A DNA stretch of 64,000 bases from Candidatus Caldarchaeales archaeon (GTDB lineage Archaea > Thermoproteota > Nitrososphaeria_A > Caldarchaeales > Calditenuaceae), in the NCBI GenBank assembly GCA_039630085.1, contig JBCNVM010000001.1:192001-256000 (forward strand). The letters are read 5' to 3'. Shown here in pieces: positions 20,295 to 29,065 of this stretch. A program made the position numbers and the translations under genes. Positions within the stretch are counted from its first letter, which is position 1. Each line of letters starts with the position of its first letter. Under the pieces are notes generated by a model. It saw only the letters and a program-made list of their open reading frames with translations. It made no database searches and was not told the origin of the DNA.

Positions 20295-20816
20295 GTGATG
20301 AGCAGGAGACTGCTCTTGGCCGGAGTCGCGATCGGCGTGCTGGCGACGCTGCTGGTGGCGGGACTGCTGATCCCAGCGACGATTGGGTATTCGGAGCCGG
20401 TCTTCGTCCACCACGGGAGGGGACACGGGAGAGGAGGCGGGGCGTGGAGGAACGCCACGGTCACGCAGGAGCAGGTCGTGATAACCGGAAGGCTCGCGGA
20501 CCTCGACTTCGGCGTGATGACGATCAGCACGGCCTCGGGGGACGTCCAAGTCAAGTACCCGATGGCCCTGTTGGTCGACGGGAGGCCCGTTAGCGTCGTC
20601 AAGCTGGTCTTCGACGGGAGGCTCCGGAAGGACGACGCCGTTGAGGTCACGGCCCTGCGGATCACCGTCACCCTCCCCGACGGGACCACGAGGACCAAGA
20701 CGGTGCTGGTCAGCATCTACGACCAGACAACGGGGTTGAGGGCCGAGGCTCCCGGAAGGGGCGCGGTCGGCCCAAGGGCGCCCTCTCAGACGCAATCCGC
20801 TGCCCCGAGCACCTGA
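20295..20816 (+). CDS. Hypothetical exported/membrane-anchored protein
   Basis: RR plus hydrophobic N-terminus, HHGRGHGRGGG segment, beta-rich C-terminal domain; TATA-like TATATAA upstream. Confidence 0.6.
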   Translation: MMSRRLLLAGVAIGVLATLLVAGLLIPATIGYSEPVFVHHGRGHGRGGGAWRNATVTQEQVVITGRLADLDFGVMTISTASGDVQVKYPMALLVDGRPVSVVKLVFDGRLRKDDAVEVTALRITVTLPDGTTRTKTVLVSIYDQTTGLRAEAPGRGAVGPRAPSQTQSAAPST

Positions 20817-20873
20817 ATTCCCCCCAATAAACCGAACCGTTTTTTATTTTGCGTTTTCTCGATCGACCACGGC

Positions 20874-21497
20874 TTGCTGGGAGCGTTGGCTCTGCTCAGA
20901 CTCGACGCGATACTGGAGCTCATCAGCTTCTTCATCTGTGCCGCGATCAGCGCGGGCTTCGTCAGGGCCCACTTAAGGCTGAGGGCAGGGGTCTTCCTCT
21001 GGCTCGGCGCGGGCTTCGGGCTGATGGCGGGGGCGATGCTGGCCCGCTCGCTCTTCATCATCCTAGCGATCTCCGCGGAGAGGGGGTTCGGGAGGCCGTT
21101 CCAACAGCTCCTCCAGCTCTACCAGGTCGAGCTCTTCTACTCGGCCGTAAGGGTTACCGCGTACGTGCTGTTCATAGTCGCCTACGTGATCCCGCTCGTC
21201 CGCGCAAGGGTCGAGCTCGGGGCTGTCCCGCCGATGACAATCGTCTACAACGCGACCTTCGAGATAATCTCCGCTGGGCTCTTGGTCTACGTGGTCGTGG
21301 TGACCACGGTCAACTGGTACGCCAAGAGGAGCGCGGGGTCCTCGCTCATAGCCGCGGGCTTCTGGGCGCTGATGCTGAGCCACGTCGCCTTCTTCCTCAC
21401 GCCTCTGAGCATCATGTATTACCTGCTCGGACACGGCCTCCAGCTCTCCGCGCTGGCGCTGATCGCGCTGGGGACCTTGGAGGCTGGGAGGGGTTGA
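20874..21497 (+). CDS. Multi-pass (6-7 TM) membrane protein
   Basis: Successive hydrophobic helices; stop overlaps start of wHTH gene. Confidence 0.7.
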   Translation: MLGALALLRLDAILELISFFICAAISAGFVRAHLRLRAGVFLWLGAGFGLMAGAMLARSLFIILAISAERGFGRPFQQLLQLYQVELFYSAVRVTAYVLFIVAYVIPLVRARVELGAVPPMTIVYNATFEIISAGLLVYVVVVTTVNWYAKRSAGSSLIAAGFWALMLSHVAFFLTPLSIMYYLLGHGLQLSALALIALGTLEAGRG

Positions 21498-21769
21498 GGA
21501 AGCACTACAGGTCCAAGGTGAGGATCTACGCGGACATCATCGCCACGGTCCTTGAGCAGGGCGAGGCCAGGATATCGACGATCATGAGGGACGCGAACCT
21601 GCCCTACGACAGGCTCCAGCGGTACGTCGACGAGCTCTGCAGCAAGGGCCTCCTGACCAGGCGGGAGCTCGGAGGGCCCCTCTACTCGGTTACCGAGAAG
21701 GGGTCGGAGTTCCTCTCGGAGTTTAGGAAGTTCGAGAGGATCTCCAGGGCCTTCGGGATCGAGCTCTGA
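21494..21769 (+). CDS. Winged helix-turn-helix transcriptional regulator (COG3432-like)
   Basis: TTG start at 21494; RSK..IYADI, ISTIMR.ANL.Y..L..Y..EL...GL, Y.VTEKG.EFL. Confidence 0.85.
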   Translation: MRKHYRSKVRIYADIIATVLEQGEARISTIMRDANLPYDRLQRYVDELCSKGLLTRRELGGPLYSVTEKGSEFLSEFRKFERISRAFGIEL

Positions 21770-21802
21770 ACCGCTAAAAGGGCCCGTTCGCATCGGAGCT
21801 CG

Positions 21803-22735
21803 ATGTCGGCCGTCAGGGACCTCAGGTTGACGGGCAGCTCCACCGTCCTCGAGGTAATGAGGGGCATGTCGGAGATGGGCGGGTTCATGGGCCCGAACCT
21901 AGCCAAGGCGCTGGAGGTACTCGCGGAGATGGTCGGGGCTCAGGGCTGCCTGAGGGTCATCACCTTCACCGGGAATCTGATCGCGACCGGCGTCAGGGGA
22001 ATCGTAGCGGACGCGCTAAGGAGGAGGCTCTTCGACCTCGTCGTCACGACGTGCGGCGCCCTCGACCACGACGTGGCCAGGACCAGGTCCGAGTACCTTC
22101 ACGGGTCCTTCGACGCGGACGACCTCAAGCTAAGGGAGGAGGGCTTCCACAGGCTCGGGAACGTCTTCATACCGATGAGGAGCTACGGCGTGGTGATCGA
22201 GAGGGAGATCGCGGAGCTCCTGAAGGAGCTCGGGGAGGGCAGGTCGATCTCGACCCACGAGCTCTGCTGGGCCTTGGGGGAGCGGCTGGGGTCCGAGTCC
22301 TCCTTCCTCTACTGGGCCTGGAGGAACAGAATACCGGTGGTGGTCCCCGGGATCTACGACGGCGCCGTCGGGTACAACCTCTGGCTCAGGGGCAGGGCGA
22401 GGAGGTTGACCGTCGACGTTGCCAGAGACCAGGACCTCCTCAACGACCTGATGTGGGCGAACAGGCTGAAGGGAGCGCTGATCCTCGGAGGGGGGATCTC
22501 GAAGCATCACGCGCTCTGGTGGGCCCAGTTCGGGGGCGAGGGCTTCGACTACGCGGTCTACGTCATCAGCTCCGACGAGTACGACGGGAGCCTCAGCGGC
22601 GCCAGGCCGAAGGAGGCGGTCACCTGGGGGAAGGTGGGCCCTAGGTCCAAGAGCGCCTTCGTTAAGGCCGACGCCACTTTGGTCTTACCTTTCCTCTACG
22701 TCGGGCTCCTTTCGCTCCTGAGCGGCACCGCGTAG
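21803..22735 (+). CDS. dys: Deoxyhypusine synthase
   Basis: FTGNL.ATG.R, TTCGALDHD, RLGNV, GGGISKHH, DGSLSGA...EA..WGKV with active-site Lys. Confidence 0.96.
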   Translation: MSAVRDLRLTGSSTVLEVMRGMSEMGGFMGPNLAKALEVLAEMVGAQGCLRVITFTGNLIATGVRGIVADALRRRLFDLVVTTCGALDHDVARTRSEYLHGSFDADDLKLREEGFHRLGNVFIPMRSYGVVIEREIAELLKELGEGRSISTHELCWALGERLGSESSFLYWAWRNRIPVVVPGIYDGAVGYNLWLRGRARRLTVDVARDQDLLNDLMWANRLKGALILGGGISKHHALWWAQFGGEGFDYAVYVISSDEYDGSLSGARPKEAVTWGKVGPRSKSAFVKADATLVLPFLYVGLLSLLSGTA

Positions 22736-22801
22736 CGGCTACGTCCGTTCAGTTTACGGAAAACGGTAATATACGCAACCGGGGAGTTTGAAGCAGTAGT
22801 C

Positions 22802-23812
22802 TTGACGACGAGCTTCAGGACGCAGGCGAAGCAGACGCTGGAGGTCGCGGAGTTAGCTAAGGTGTTAGAGGTCAACCTCAAACCGGGACAGGAGCTCCGG
22901 CCGGAGAGGTCCCTGGGGAGCGGGGTCTACTACGACGTGGGGGGTCTCAAGCTCCCCGAGAGCAGGATGTACCTCCTCGCGGAGATAGGGGTACTGAAGG
23001 TCGAGCGGCACGTGGCCTTCCCCTCCTGTCCCATCTGCGGGAGCCTCGACTTGGCGATCGACATCCACTGCCCCAACTGCCTCAGCACGGACATCGAGAA
23101 GGTCGACCTGGTCATCCACTACGAGTGCCACTACGCGGACGACATCTCGAGGTTCAGGACCGGTTCGGGGGAGCTGGTCTGTCCGGTCTGCTCCAAGACC
23201 CTCAAGACCGTCGGGATAGACTACGGCAGGCCCGGGATCGGGTACTCGTGCAACGCCTGCAACAACAAGTTCCAGTTCCCCCTCTACAGGATCACCTGCA
23301 GGAACGGGCACATCATGAAGCTCGACGAGCTGGCCCTGATCAGGGTTCCCGTCTTCGTCTACAGTCCCTCCGCGCCCGTCAGCAGGTATGAGGTCCTCGC
23401 GGTAGTGGCCCGGGAGCTGGAGAGGCGCCTGCCCAGGGCGACGATTGAGCAGTTCGTGAACAAGAGGGGCCTGCTCAGCTCCAGGGAGCATTTCATCCCG
23501 CTCTACGTCGAGAGCGCCAACGGGAAATTCGCGGTCACCGTCGTCGACGAGGAGGCCACGGCCTTCGAGCAGCTGACGGACATCATGGTGACGGCCCTAG
23601 ACCTGGGCGTGAAGTTCTTAGTCCTCATGCCGGAGTCAGTCGAGCGGTCGCTGAGGAACTCCATCTCCGGCAGGTCCGGCGGGCAACCCCAAGGGCTTGA
23701 GGAAATCTTCAGCCCCCGCCTCCTGAGAGCGATGACTTACAGGAGCGCCGAGCCCTCCGCCGCGGCCTCAGAAGTCCTCCCTAGGCTGGAGAGGGAGATC
23801 CGTGAGGGGTAG
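22802..23812 (+). CDS. TackOD1-like multi-zinc-ribbon protein
   Basis: CPICGS, CPNC.S..I, HYEC, CPVC.K.L...G.DY, C..C...F..P...C.NGH pattern of the thaumarchaeal output domain TackOD1. Confidence 0.75.
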   Translation: MTTSFRTQAKQTLEVAELAKVLEVNLKPGQELRPERSLGSGVYYDVGGLKLPESRMYLLAEIGVLKVERHVAFPSCPICGSLDLAIDIHCPNCLSTDIEKVDLVIHYECHYADDISRFRTGSGELVCPVCSKTLKTVGIDYGRPGIGYSCNACNNKFQFPLYRITCRNGHIMKLDELALIRVPVFVYSPSAPVSRYEVLAVVARELERRLPRATIEQFVNKRGLLSSREHFIPLYVESANGKFAVTVVDEEATAFEQLTDIMVTALDLGVKFLVLMPESVERSLRNSISGRSGGQPQGLEEIFSPRLLRAMTYRSAEPSAAASEVLPRLEREIREG

Positions 23813-25145
23813 GAGGGCCAAGAGGATAGGGATACTCGTTCTCCTGTTGCTCGCTCTGTCCGTCTCGCTCTACCTCTGGACAAAGGAGACCCTGACCGTC
23901 GTCGCATGGTCGATCGTCGGGCTCTACACGCTCTGGGGAGCGTTCCACACGGCCTACTTCGTCGCAGGCCGCAGACCCCCTTACGCTCCGTCAGGCCCCG
24001 CGCTGAAGAAGCTGAAGTTCTCGCTGATCGTCCCGGCGAGGAACGAGCCGCTCATAGAGAGGACCGTGAGTCACATCGTCCACGAGGTGCGGTACCCGAA
24101 GCACCTGAAGGAGATAATACCGGTGGTTGACGACGAGGGGACGGAGAGGATCGTCTTCCACCTCCAGCAGCTCTACCCGGGTTACGTGAAGCCCATAGCC
24201 AGGAGGAGGCTCTTCCCGACGAAGCCCAGCGCCCTCAACGACGCACTCGCCCTGGCTACCGGCGACGTGGTGGGAATCGCCGACGTGGAGGACCTCCTCG
24301 ACAACGACATCCTCGAGAAGGTGAACGCGGCCGTGGTCAACGACGACCACAAGGTCATCCAAGCCATACTGAGGGTGAGCAACGTGAAGGACTCCTGGAT
24401 AACGGAGCTCTTCGCGTGCGAGTACGCCGGGTGGTTCAGGGTCCTCCTCAACGGACGGAGCAAGCTGAGGCTCTACGCTCCCCTGGGGGGGACGGGCAAC
24501 TACATCGAGAGGACGACGCTGATGACTGTGGCCAGGTGGGACCCGCTCAACCTCGCCGAGGACGCCGAGCTAGCGCTGAGGCTGCACCTCCACGGCTACA
24601 GGACCGTCCTGATCGACGCGAGACACTGGGAGGAGGCGCCGGTGGACTTCAACGCCTGGCTGAGGCAGAGGACCAGGTGGTTCAGGGGTTGGCTCCAGTC
24701 GCTCTTCGCGCACGGCCCCGCGATAACTTGGATGGGGATCAGGCACCCGAGGTCTCTGGTCAACGTCCTCTCGATACTGATGATGCTGATGGCACCGCTG
24801 GTCGTCGTCTTCAACTGGGTAGCTTACGGCATGACCGCCTTCTACCTCCTCGAGCACTTCGACGTCATCGGGACCGATTACATGTCTGGGACCTTCCCGG
24901 TGATCGCGATACTGCCGCTCTTCTTCAACGTCCTCTACTACGGCGTCTGGTACGTGGGGAAGGAGCTCGAGCGGATACCCGTGAGCTTCCTGAGGAGGCT
25001 CCCGCACTTCGTCTTCTACGCGAACGTGATGATGCCGATCGCGGCGTTGAGGGCCCTGTACCAGGAGCTCTTCAAGGACGTCTTCTGGGAGAAGACCAGA
25101 CACCCGGGTAGGGGCGCGAGGTGGGCGATGGTCGAAAGGGCCTGA
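23802..25145 (+). CDS. Processive membrane GT2 glycosyltransferase (cellulose-synthase-like)
   Basis: PARNE, DD, KP.ALN, DVED, GGTGN, LAEDAEL, QRTRW, WEKT.H; TM helices at both ends. Confidence 0.92.
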   Translation: MRGRRAKRIGILVLLLLALSVSLYLWTKETLTVVAWSIVGLYTLWGAFHTAYFVAGRRPPYAPSGPALKKLKFSLIVPARNEPLIERTVSHIVHEVRYPKHLKEIIPVVDDEGTERIVFHLQQLYPGYVKPIARRRLFPTKPSALNDALALATGDVVGIADVEDLLDNDILEKVNAAVVNDDHKVIQAILRVSNVKDSWITELFACEYAGWFRVLLNGRSKLRLYAPLGGTGNYIERTTLMTVARWDPLNLAEDAELALRLHLHGYRTVLIDARHWEEAPVDFNAWLRQRTRWFRGWLQSLFAHGPAITWMGIRHPRSLVNVLSILMMLMAPLVVVFNWVAYGMTAFYLLEHFDVIGTDYMSGTFPVIAILPLFFNVLYYGVWYVGKELERIPVSFLRRLPHFVFYANVMMPIAALRALYQELFKDVFWEKTRHPGRGARWAMVERA

Positions 25146-25149
25146 GCGC

Positions 25150-25638
25150 TCACTCCCTTCCCGGGGGCTTGTAGTCCTTCCTGAGCGGCGGCAGGTCGGA
25201 CCACCACTCCGGCAGCAGGAGCCTCCTGAGGTCGGGGTGACCCTTGAAGACGACGCCCAGCATCTCGAAGGTCTCCCGCTCGTGGTACTCCGCGCTCCTC
25301 CAGACGCCGGTGAGCGAGGGCATCTCAGGCCCGTCCCTCGGCAGCTTGACCGAGATCGTGAGCACGGTCCCGGCGAGCTCCTCATCGGTGTAGGAGCCCG
25401 CGTGGTACATCACCTCTATCGCGTTCTCGGGCTTCGTCAGCGCGATCAGGTCCACACCAGTGACGCCCTTGACGTGGTCGAAGCCCCTCTCCTTGAGGAA
25501 CGCGGCGGCCTCCACGACCACGGACGGGTCGACCTCGACCTTGACCATCTTCCTGTCCATCGAGACCAATCTCACCTTGTCCCCGAAGGCGGCCCTCAGC
25601 TCCTCCACTATCTTGGCTACCTTAGACAACGCGTCCAC
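25150..25638 (-). CDS. nuoC: NADH-quinone oxidoreductase subunit C
   Basis: TGVD, PSLTGVW.SA...ERETFEMLGV.F.GHPDLRRLLLP..W...PPLRKDY. Confidence 0.95.
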   Translation of the reverse strand: MDALSKVAKIVEELRAAFGDKVRLVSMDRKMVKVEVDPSVVVEAAAFLKERGFDHVKGVTGVDLIALTKPENAIEVMYHAGSYTDEELAGTVLTISVKLPRDGPEMPSLTGVWRSAEYHERETFEMLGVVFKGHPDLRRLLLPEWWSDLPPLRKDYKPPGRE

Positions 25639-25639
25639 C

Positions 25640-26296
25640 CTAAAGGCGCTCGTTCAGTATCTTGTCCCTCAGTAGGATGAAGCCCTGAATGAGGGTCTCG
25701 GGGCGGGGCGGGCAGCCGGGGATGTAAACGTCAACCGGGACGATGTCGTCGATCCCCTGGACGACGTTGTAGGAGTCCTTGGCGTATAGGCCTCCGGAGA
25801 TCGAGCAGGCCCCCATCGCGATCACCCACTTCGGGTCCGGCATCTGGTCGTAGATCACCCGGACTCTCTGGGCCATCTTCGTGGTGACCGTCCCCTCGAC
25901 CAGCATCAGGTCCGACTGCCTGAGCGACCCGACCGCGTTGAGTATCCCGAACCTCTCTGGGTCGTACCTGGACCCGACCGTGCCCGCGTACTCCACGGAG
26001 CAGCAGGCGGTCGTGAGGTGCACCGGGAATATCGAGGAGAGCTTCCCCCAGTTCACGATGTACCTGATCAGTGACCTGTTCCGGATCCACTGGAGGACGA
26101 AGTTCACCTCGCCCTTCCTCTTCACCTCGCTGACCTTCCCCACGCCGTACCTCCTGATCGCCTCCCTGACCTCGCTGACAGGGACCTCGACCGCCTCGAT
26201 CGAGTCGACCACGTGCTTGGACGACCCGAGCGTCAGGTTGAAGGCCCCCGTCTTCGCCCGGCCCGTGGAACCCGAGCCGAACCAGCAGGAGTGCAT
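25640..26296 (-). CDS. nuoB: NADH-quinone oxidoreductase subunit B
   Basis: TACCSVE, RYD.ERFG, RQSD, QMPDPKWVIAMGAC, PVDVYIPGCPPRPE; ATG 26296 lies 25 nt from TTTTATA at 26321-26327. Confidence 0.93.
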   Translation of the reverse strand: MHSCWFGSGSTGRAKTGAFNLTLGSSKHVVDSIEAVEVPVSEVREAIRRYGVGKVSEVKRKGEVNFVLQWIRNRSLIRYIVNWGKLSSIFPVHLTTACCSVEYAGTVGSRYDPERFGILNAVGSLRQSDLMLVEGTVTTKMAQRVRVIYDQMPDPKWVIAMGACSISGGLYAKDSYNVVQGIDDIVPVDVYIPGCPPRPETLIQGFILLRDKILNERL

Positions 26297-26407
26297 TCGA
26301 GCAATCAGGCACCTGGCGCCTATAAAATCCTGCTCCACGACGCCCGACTTGGCTCGGAGAGGCCCGTGATACCGATAAATGCGACCCGAGCGTCGGAGCA
26401 GCTCGGA

Positions 26408-26632
26408 ATGGGGAAGATCAGGACGGCGAAGGTGAAGAGGACCGCGAGGGAGATCATGGAGGCCTTCAGGGACAGGGTATCGACCTCCTTCGATGAGAAC
26501 AAGCTGCTGGTGGGCCAGGTCCTGAGGGGCCAAGTCTCGAAGAAGTTCAGGAACAAGGTCGCCGGGTACCTGACGAGGCTCGCGCGCCTCTCCGCCAAGG
26601 GTGAGGCGGCCGGCGAGGCGCCGGTGCAGTGA
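26408..26632 (+). CDS. rps17e: 30S ribosomal protein eS17
   Basis: MGKIRT..VKR.A, F.ENK, SKK.RNKVAGYLTR. Confidence 0.95.
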   Translation: MGKIRTAKVKRTAREIMEAFRDRVSTSFDENKLLVGQVLRGQVSKKFRNKVAGYLTRLARLSAKGEAAGEAPVQ

Positions 26633-27720
26633 TTTTGCCGGAGGAGCTGAGCAGGAGGAAGAGTGACCACATCCGGATAGCGGCCGGAGGGGGCGTCGAG
26701 TACCGGAAGACCAACTGGCTGGAGCTCGTCGAGCTGGTCCACAGGGCGGTGCCGGAGCTCTCGCTGGACGAGGTCGACACGAGGTGCGAGTTCCTCGGGA
26801 GGACCTTCTCGATGCCCTTGCTGATAGAGGGGATGACCGGGGGGACCGATGAGGCGATGAGGATCAACGAGGCCCTCGCGAGGGCCGCCCAGTCCTTGGG
26901 GATACCGCTCGGCGTGGGGAGCCAGAGGGCGGGGATAGTTGACCCCAGCGTCAGGAGGAGCTTCACGGTCGCGAGGGAGGTCGGGGCCGGGGTCTTCCTG
27001 ATCGCGAACGTCGGGGCCGCGCAGCTGGTGAGGGAGGGGCCGTCGTTCGCGGCGAAGGCCGTCGAGATGCTCGAGGCCGACGCGCTCGCGGTCCACGTCA
27101 ACGTCCTGCAGGAGCTCGTCCAGCCGGGGGGCGACGCGTCCTTCGCGGGCGTCCTCAGGAGCCTCGGGAGGACGGTCGAGGAGGTGGGCGTGCCGGTTAT
27201 CGTGAAGGAGGTCGGGTGCGGGCTCAGCTACGAGGACGTTGTCCTCCTGAGGGAAGTCGGCGTGGCCGCGGTCGACGTCGCGGGGTCCGGGGGCACCAAC
27301 TGGACTGAGATCGAGAGGAGGAGGGCCGTCGAGGCGGGAGACGAGGAGAGGGCTGGACTCGCGGAGCTCTACAGGGAGTGGGGGATACCCACGGCCGCAT
27401 CGGTGCTGGAGTCGTCCCGCGTCGAGGGTATCGAGGTCGTCGGGTCGGGAGGCATCAGGAACGGCCTCGAGGTCGCGAAGGTGATCGCCCTGGGAGCGGA
27501 GATGGCCGGGATGGCGAGGCCTTTCCTGCTCGCCGCGCTGGAGGGCCCGGACTCGGTGGTCAGGTTGGCGCAGAGGGTGCGGTCGGAGCTGCGGGTCGCG
27601 ATGATGCTGACCGGTTCGAGGACCGTGAGGGACTTGGGGAGAGCGCCTTACGTCCTCCACGGGCCCCTCCTCGAGTGGTACAGCCAGCGGGTCGCGCCCA
27701 GGCTCGGGCAGGCCAGGTGA
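26629..27720 (+). CDS. fni: Type 2 isopentenyl-diphosphate delta-isomerase
   Basis: RRK.DHI, GMTGG, GVGSQR, H.N.LQE..QP.GD, KEVG.G, GGT.W, WGIPT, SGGIRNG. Confidence 0.96.
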   Translation: MILPEELSRRKSDHIRIAAGGGVEYRKTNWLELVELVHRAVPELSLDEVDTRCEFLGRTFSMPLLIEGMTGGTDEAMRINEALARAAQSLGIPLGVGSQRAGIVDPSVRRSFTVAREVGAGVFLIANVGAAQLVREGPSFAAKAVEMLEADALAVHVNVLQELVQPGGDASFAGVLRSLGRTVEEVGVPVIVKEVGCGLSYEDVVLLREVGVAAVDVAGSGGTNWTEIERRRAVEAGDEERAGLAELYREWGIPTAASVLESSRVEGIEVVGSGGIRNGLEVAKVIALGAEMAGMARPFLLAALEGPDSVVRLAQRVRSELRVAMMLTGSRTVRDLGRAPYVLHGPLLEWYSQRVAPRLGQAR

Positions 27721-27727
27721 GGCGCCA

Positions 27728-28900
27728 CTACATCCCTATGCCGACGGTGTTCCCTATCCCCGCGACGACGACCGTCCCGTTCTCCGGGACGTTCTTCCTT
27801 ATCGTCTCCTTGAGCTTCGCCAGGATGACGTCGCTGGCCTTCGCGATCGACTCCTTCATCGGGGTTATCGCCTCGCCGATCGACTGGAAGATCACGTATG
27901 CGTAGAGCGGGACGCCCCTGTCCTTCGCTATCGTCTCGATCTTGAACTTGTCGATCCCCGGGCCCCCGATCGCCACGCCGACTCCCTCCGCAACCTTCCC
28001 CGTCTCTTCCCCCTCGAGCTTAAGCGCGGCGTCGATCGTCACGACGAGGTCAACCTTCCCCTCGGCCTCGATGACCTTCTTCACCGCGTCCCCCGGCCTC
28101 CCTACCGTCCCGCCGGGGCCCTTCGCCCTGACGACGTAGACCCTCCTGCCCTCGAACTGCCCCAGCATCACGACCGTGTCCTTCACGCTCTCGTCGACCG
28201 GGACCGCGTTAATCTCCCTCGCGAACTTGGCCGCGACCAGTACCCCGGCTCCGTCGCCGATCGGCTGGCCGTTGTAGAAGGCGAACGAGGCCTGCCTGTA
28301 GGCCTCCGCGAGCTCCATGATCATCGGGAGCTGCATCTGGATCTGGAGGGCGATGAAGTAGTTGGCGGTCTTCCTGCCGAGGAGGTAGTAGTGCCTCACG
28401 ACCCTGTAGATGATGTTCATGGCCCTCGCCACCTCGACGAGGTTCGTGAGGGTCTTGAGCCTGTCCCGGTCCTCGGTCCTCACGAGGGCGGCGACCTGAT
28501 CCTCGAACCTGTTCTCGCCTATGTTGAGGATGTGCTCCAGCTTGTAGACGATGCCGTACGGGTCCATCGACTCGGGGGCTATGTAGAAGTAGTCCAAGAG
28601 GACGTCCAGCTTCTTCCCGATCTCCTCCTCCGACTCGCTGCTGCCGCTCTGCTTGATCGCCGCTATCGTCCGGGACCTGACGTCGTCCCTCATGGCCTTG
28701 AGCCTGTAGAGCTTCCTGTCGATGTCCCTCAGGATGTTGATCAGCTGCATCCTCTGTCCGAGCATCGGATAGAAGAAGAACGAGAGCATGATGAACAGGA
28801 ACCAGAAGAGCATGAGCAGCGTCGAGTCCTCCAGCTGTCCGGTGCCCGGAGCCGCGGCCAACGCCATCCTGAGCTGCATCACGCTGTTATCCCACGTCAC
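27728..28900 (-). CDS. DUF1512 family protein
   Basis: DP.GIV.KLEH, G.PIGDG.G, A.GPG..VG.PG, DAALKLEGE.TG..AEG.G.AIGG.G..KF.IE, GIGNT.GI. Confidence 0.85.
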   Translation of the reverse strand: MTWDNSVMQLRMALAAAPGTGQLEDSTLLMLFWFLFIMLSFFFYPMLGQRMQLINILRDIDRKLYRLKAMRDDVRSRTIAAIKQSGSSESEEEIGKKLDVLLDYFYIAPESMDPYGIVYKLEHILNIGENRFEDQVAALVRTEDRDRLKTLTNLVEVARAMNIIYRVVRHYYLLGRKTANYFIALQIQMQLPMIMELAEAYRQASFAFYNGQPIGDGAGVLVAAKFAREINAVPVDESVKDTVVMLGQFEGRRVYVVRAKGPGGTVGRPGDAVKKVIEAEGKVDLVVTIDAALKLEGEETGKVAEGVGVAIGGPGIDKFKIETIAKDRGVPLYAYVIFQSIGEAITPMKESIAKASDVILAKLKETIRKNVPENGTVVVAGIGNTVGIGM

Positions 28901-29065
28901 CAGCTCTCACCCTCTCTTATAGCTTCGTCCCGAGAGCGTCCTCGGCGAGTCTTCCGGCCTCCGGGGCGTCCGGAGAGGCGCGCGGGTAATACGAGATCGG
29001 CGCGGAGGAACGGAAGGCGTCTGCTCGGGCAAGCGGCGAGGGAGCGCGAGGTCCTCCGAGCCGGA

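Noticed and set aside
25640-26533. 297-aa extended NuoB from the ORF track
   Set aside because: Extension overlaps rps17e on the opposite strand; the TATA position supports ATG 26296
28905-29065. GC-rich intergenic segment with partial stems (CTTCCG/CGGAAG), possible sRNA
   Set aside because: No C/D, H/ACA, SRP or RNase P consensus recognised; stems are short for this GC content
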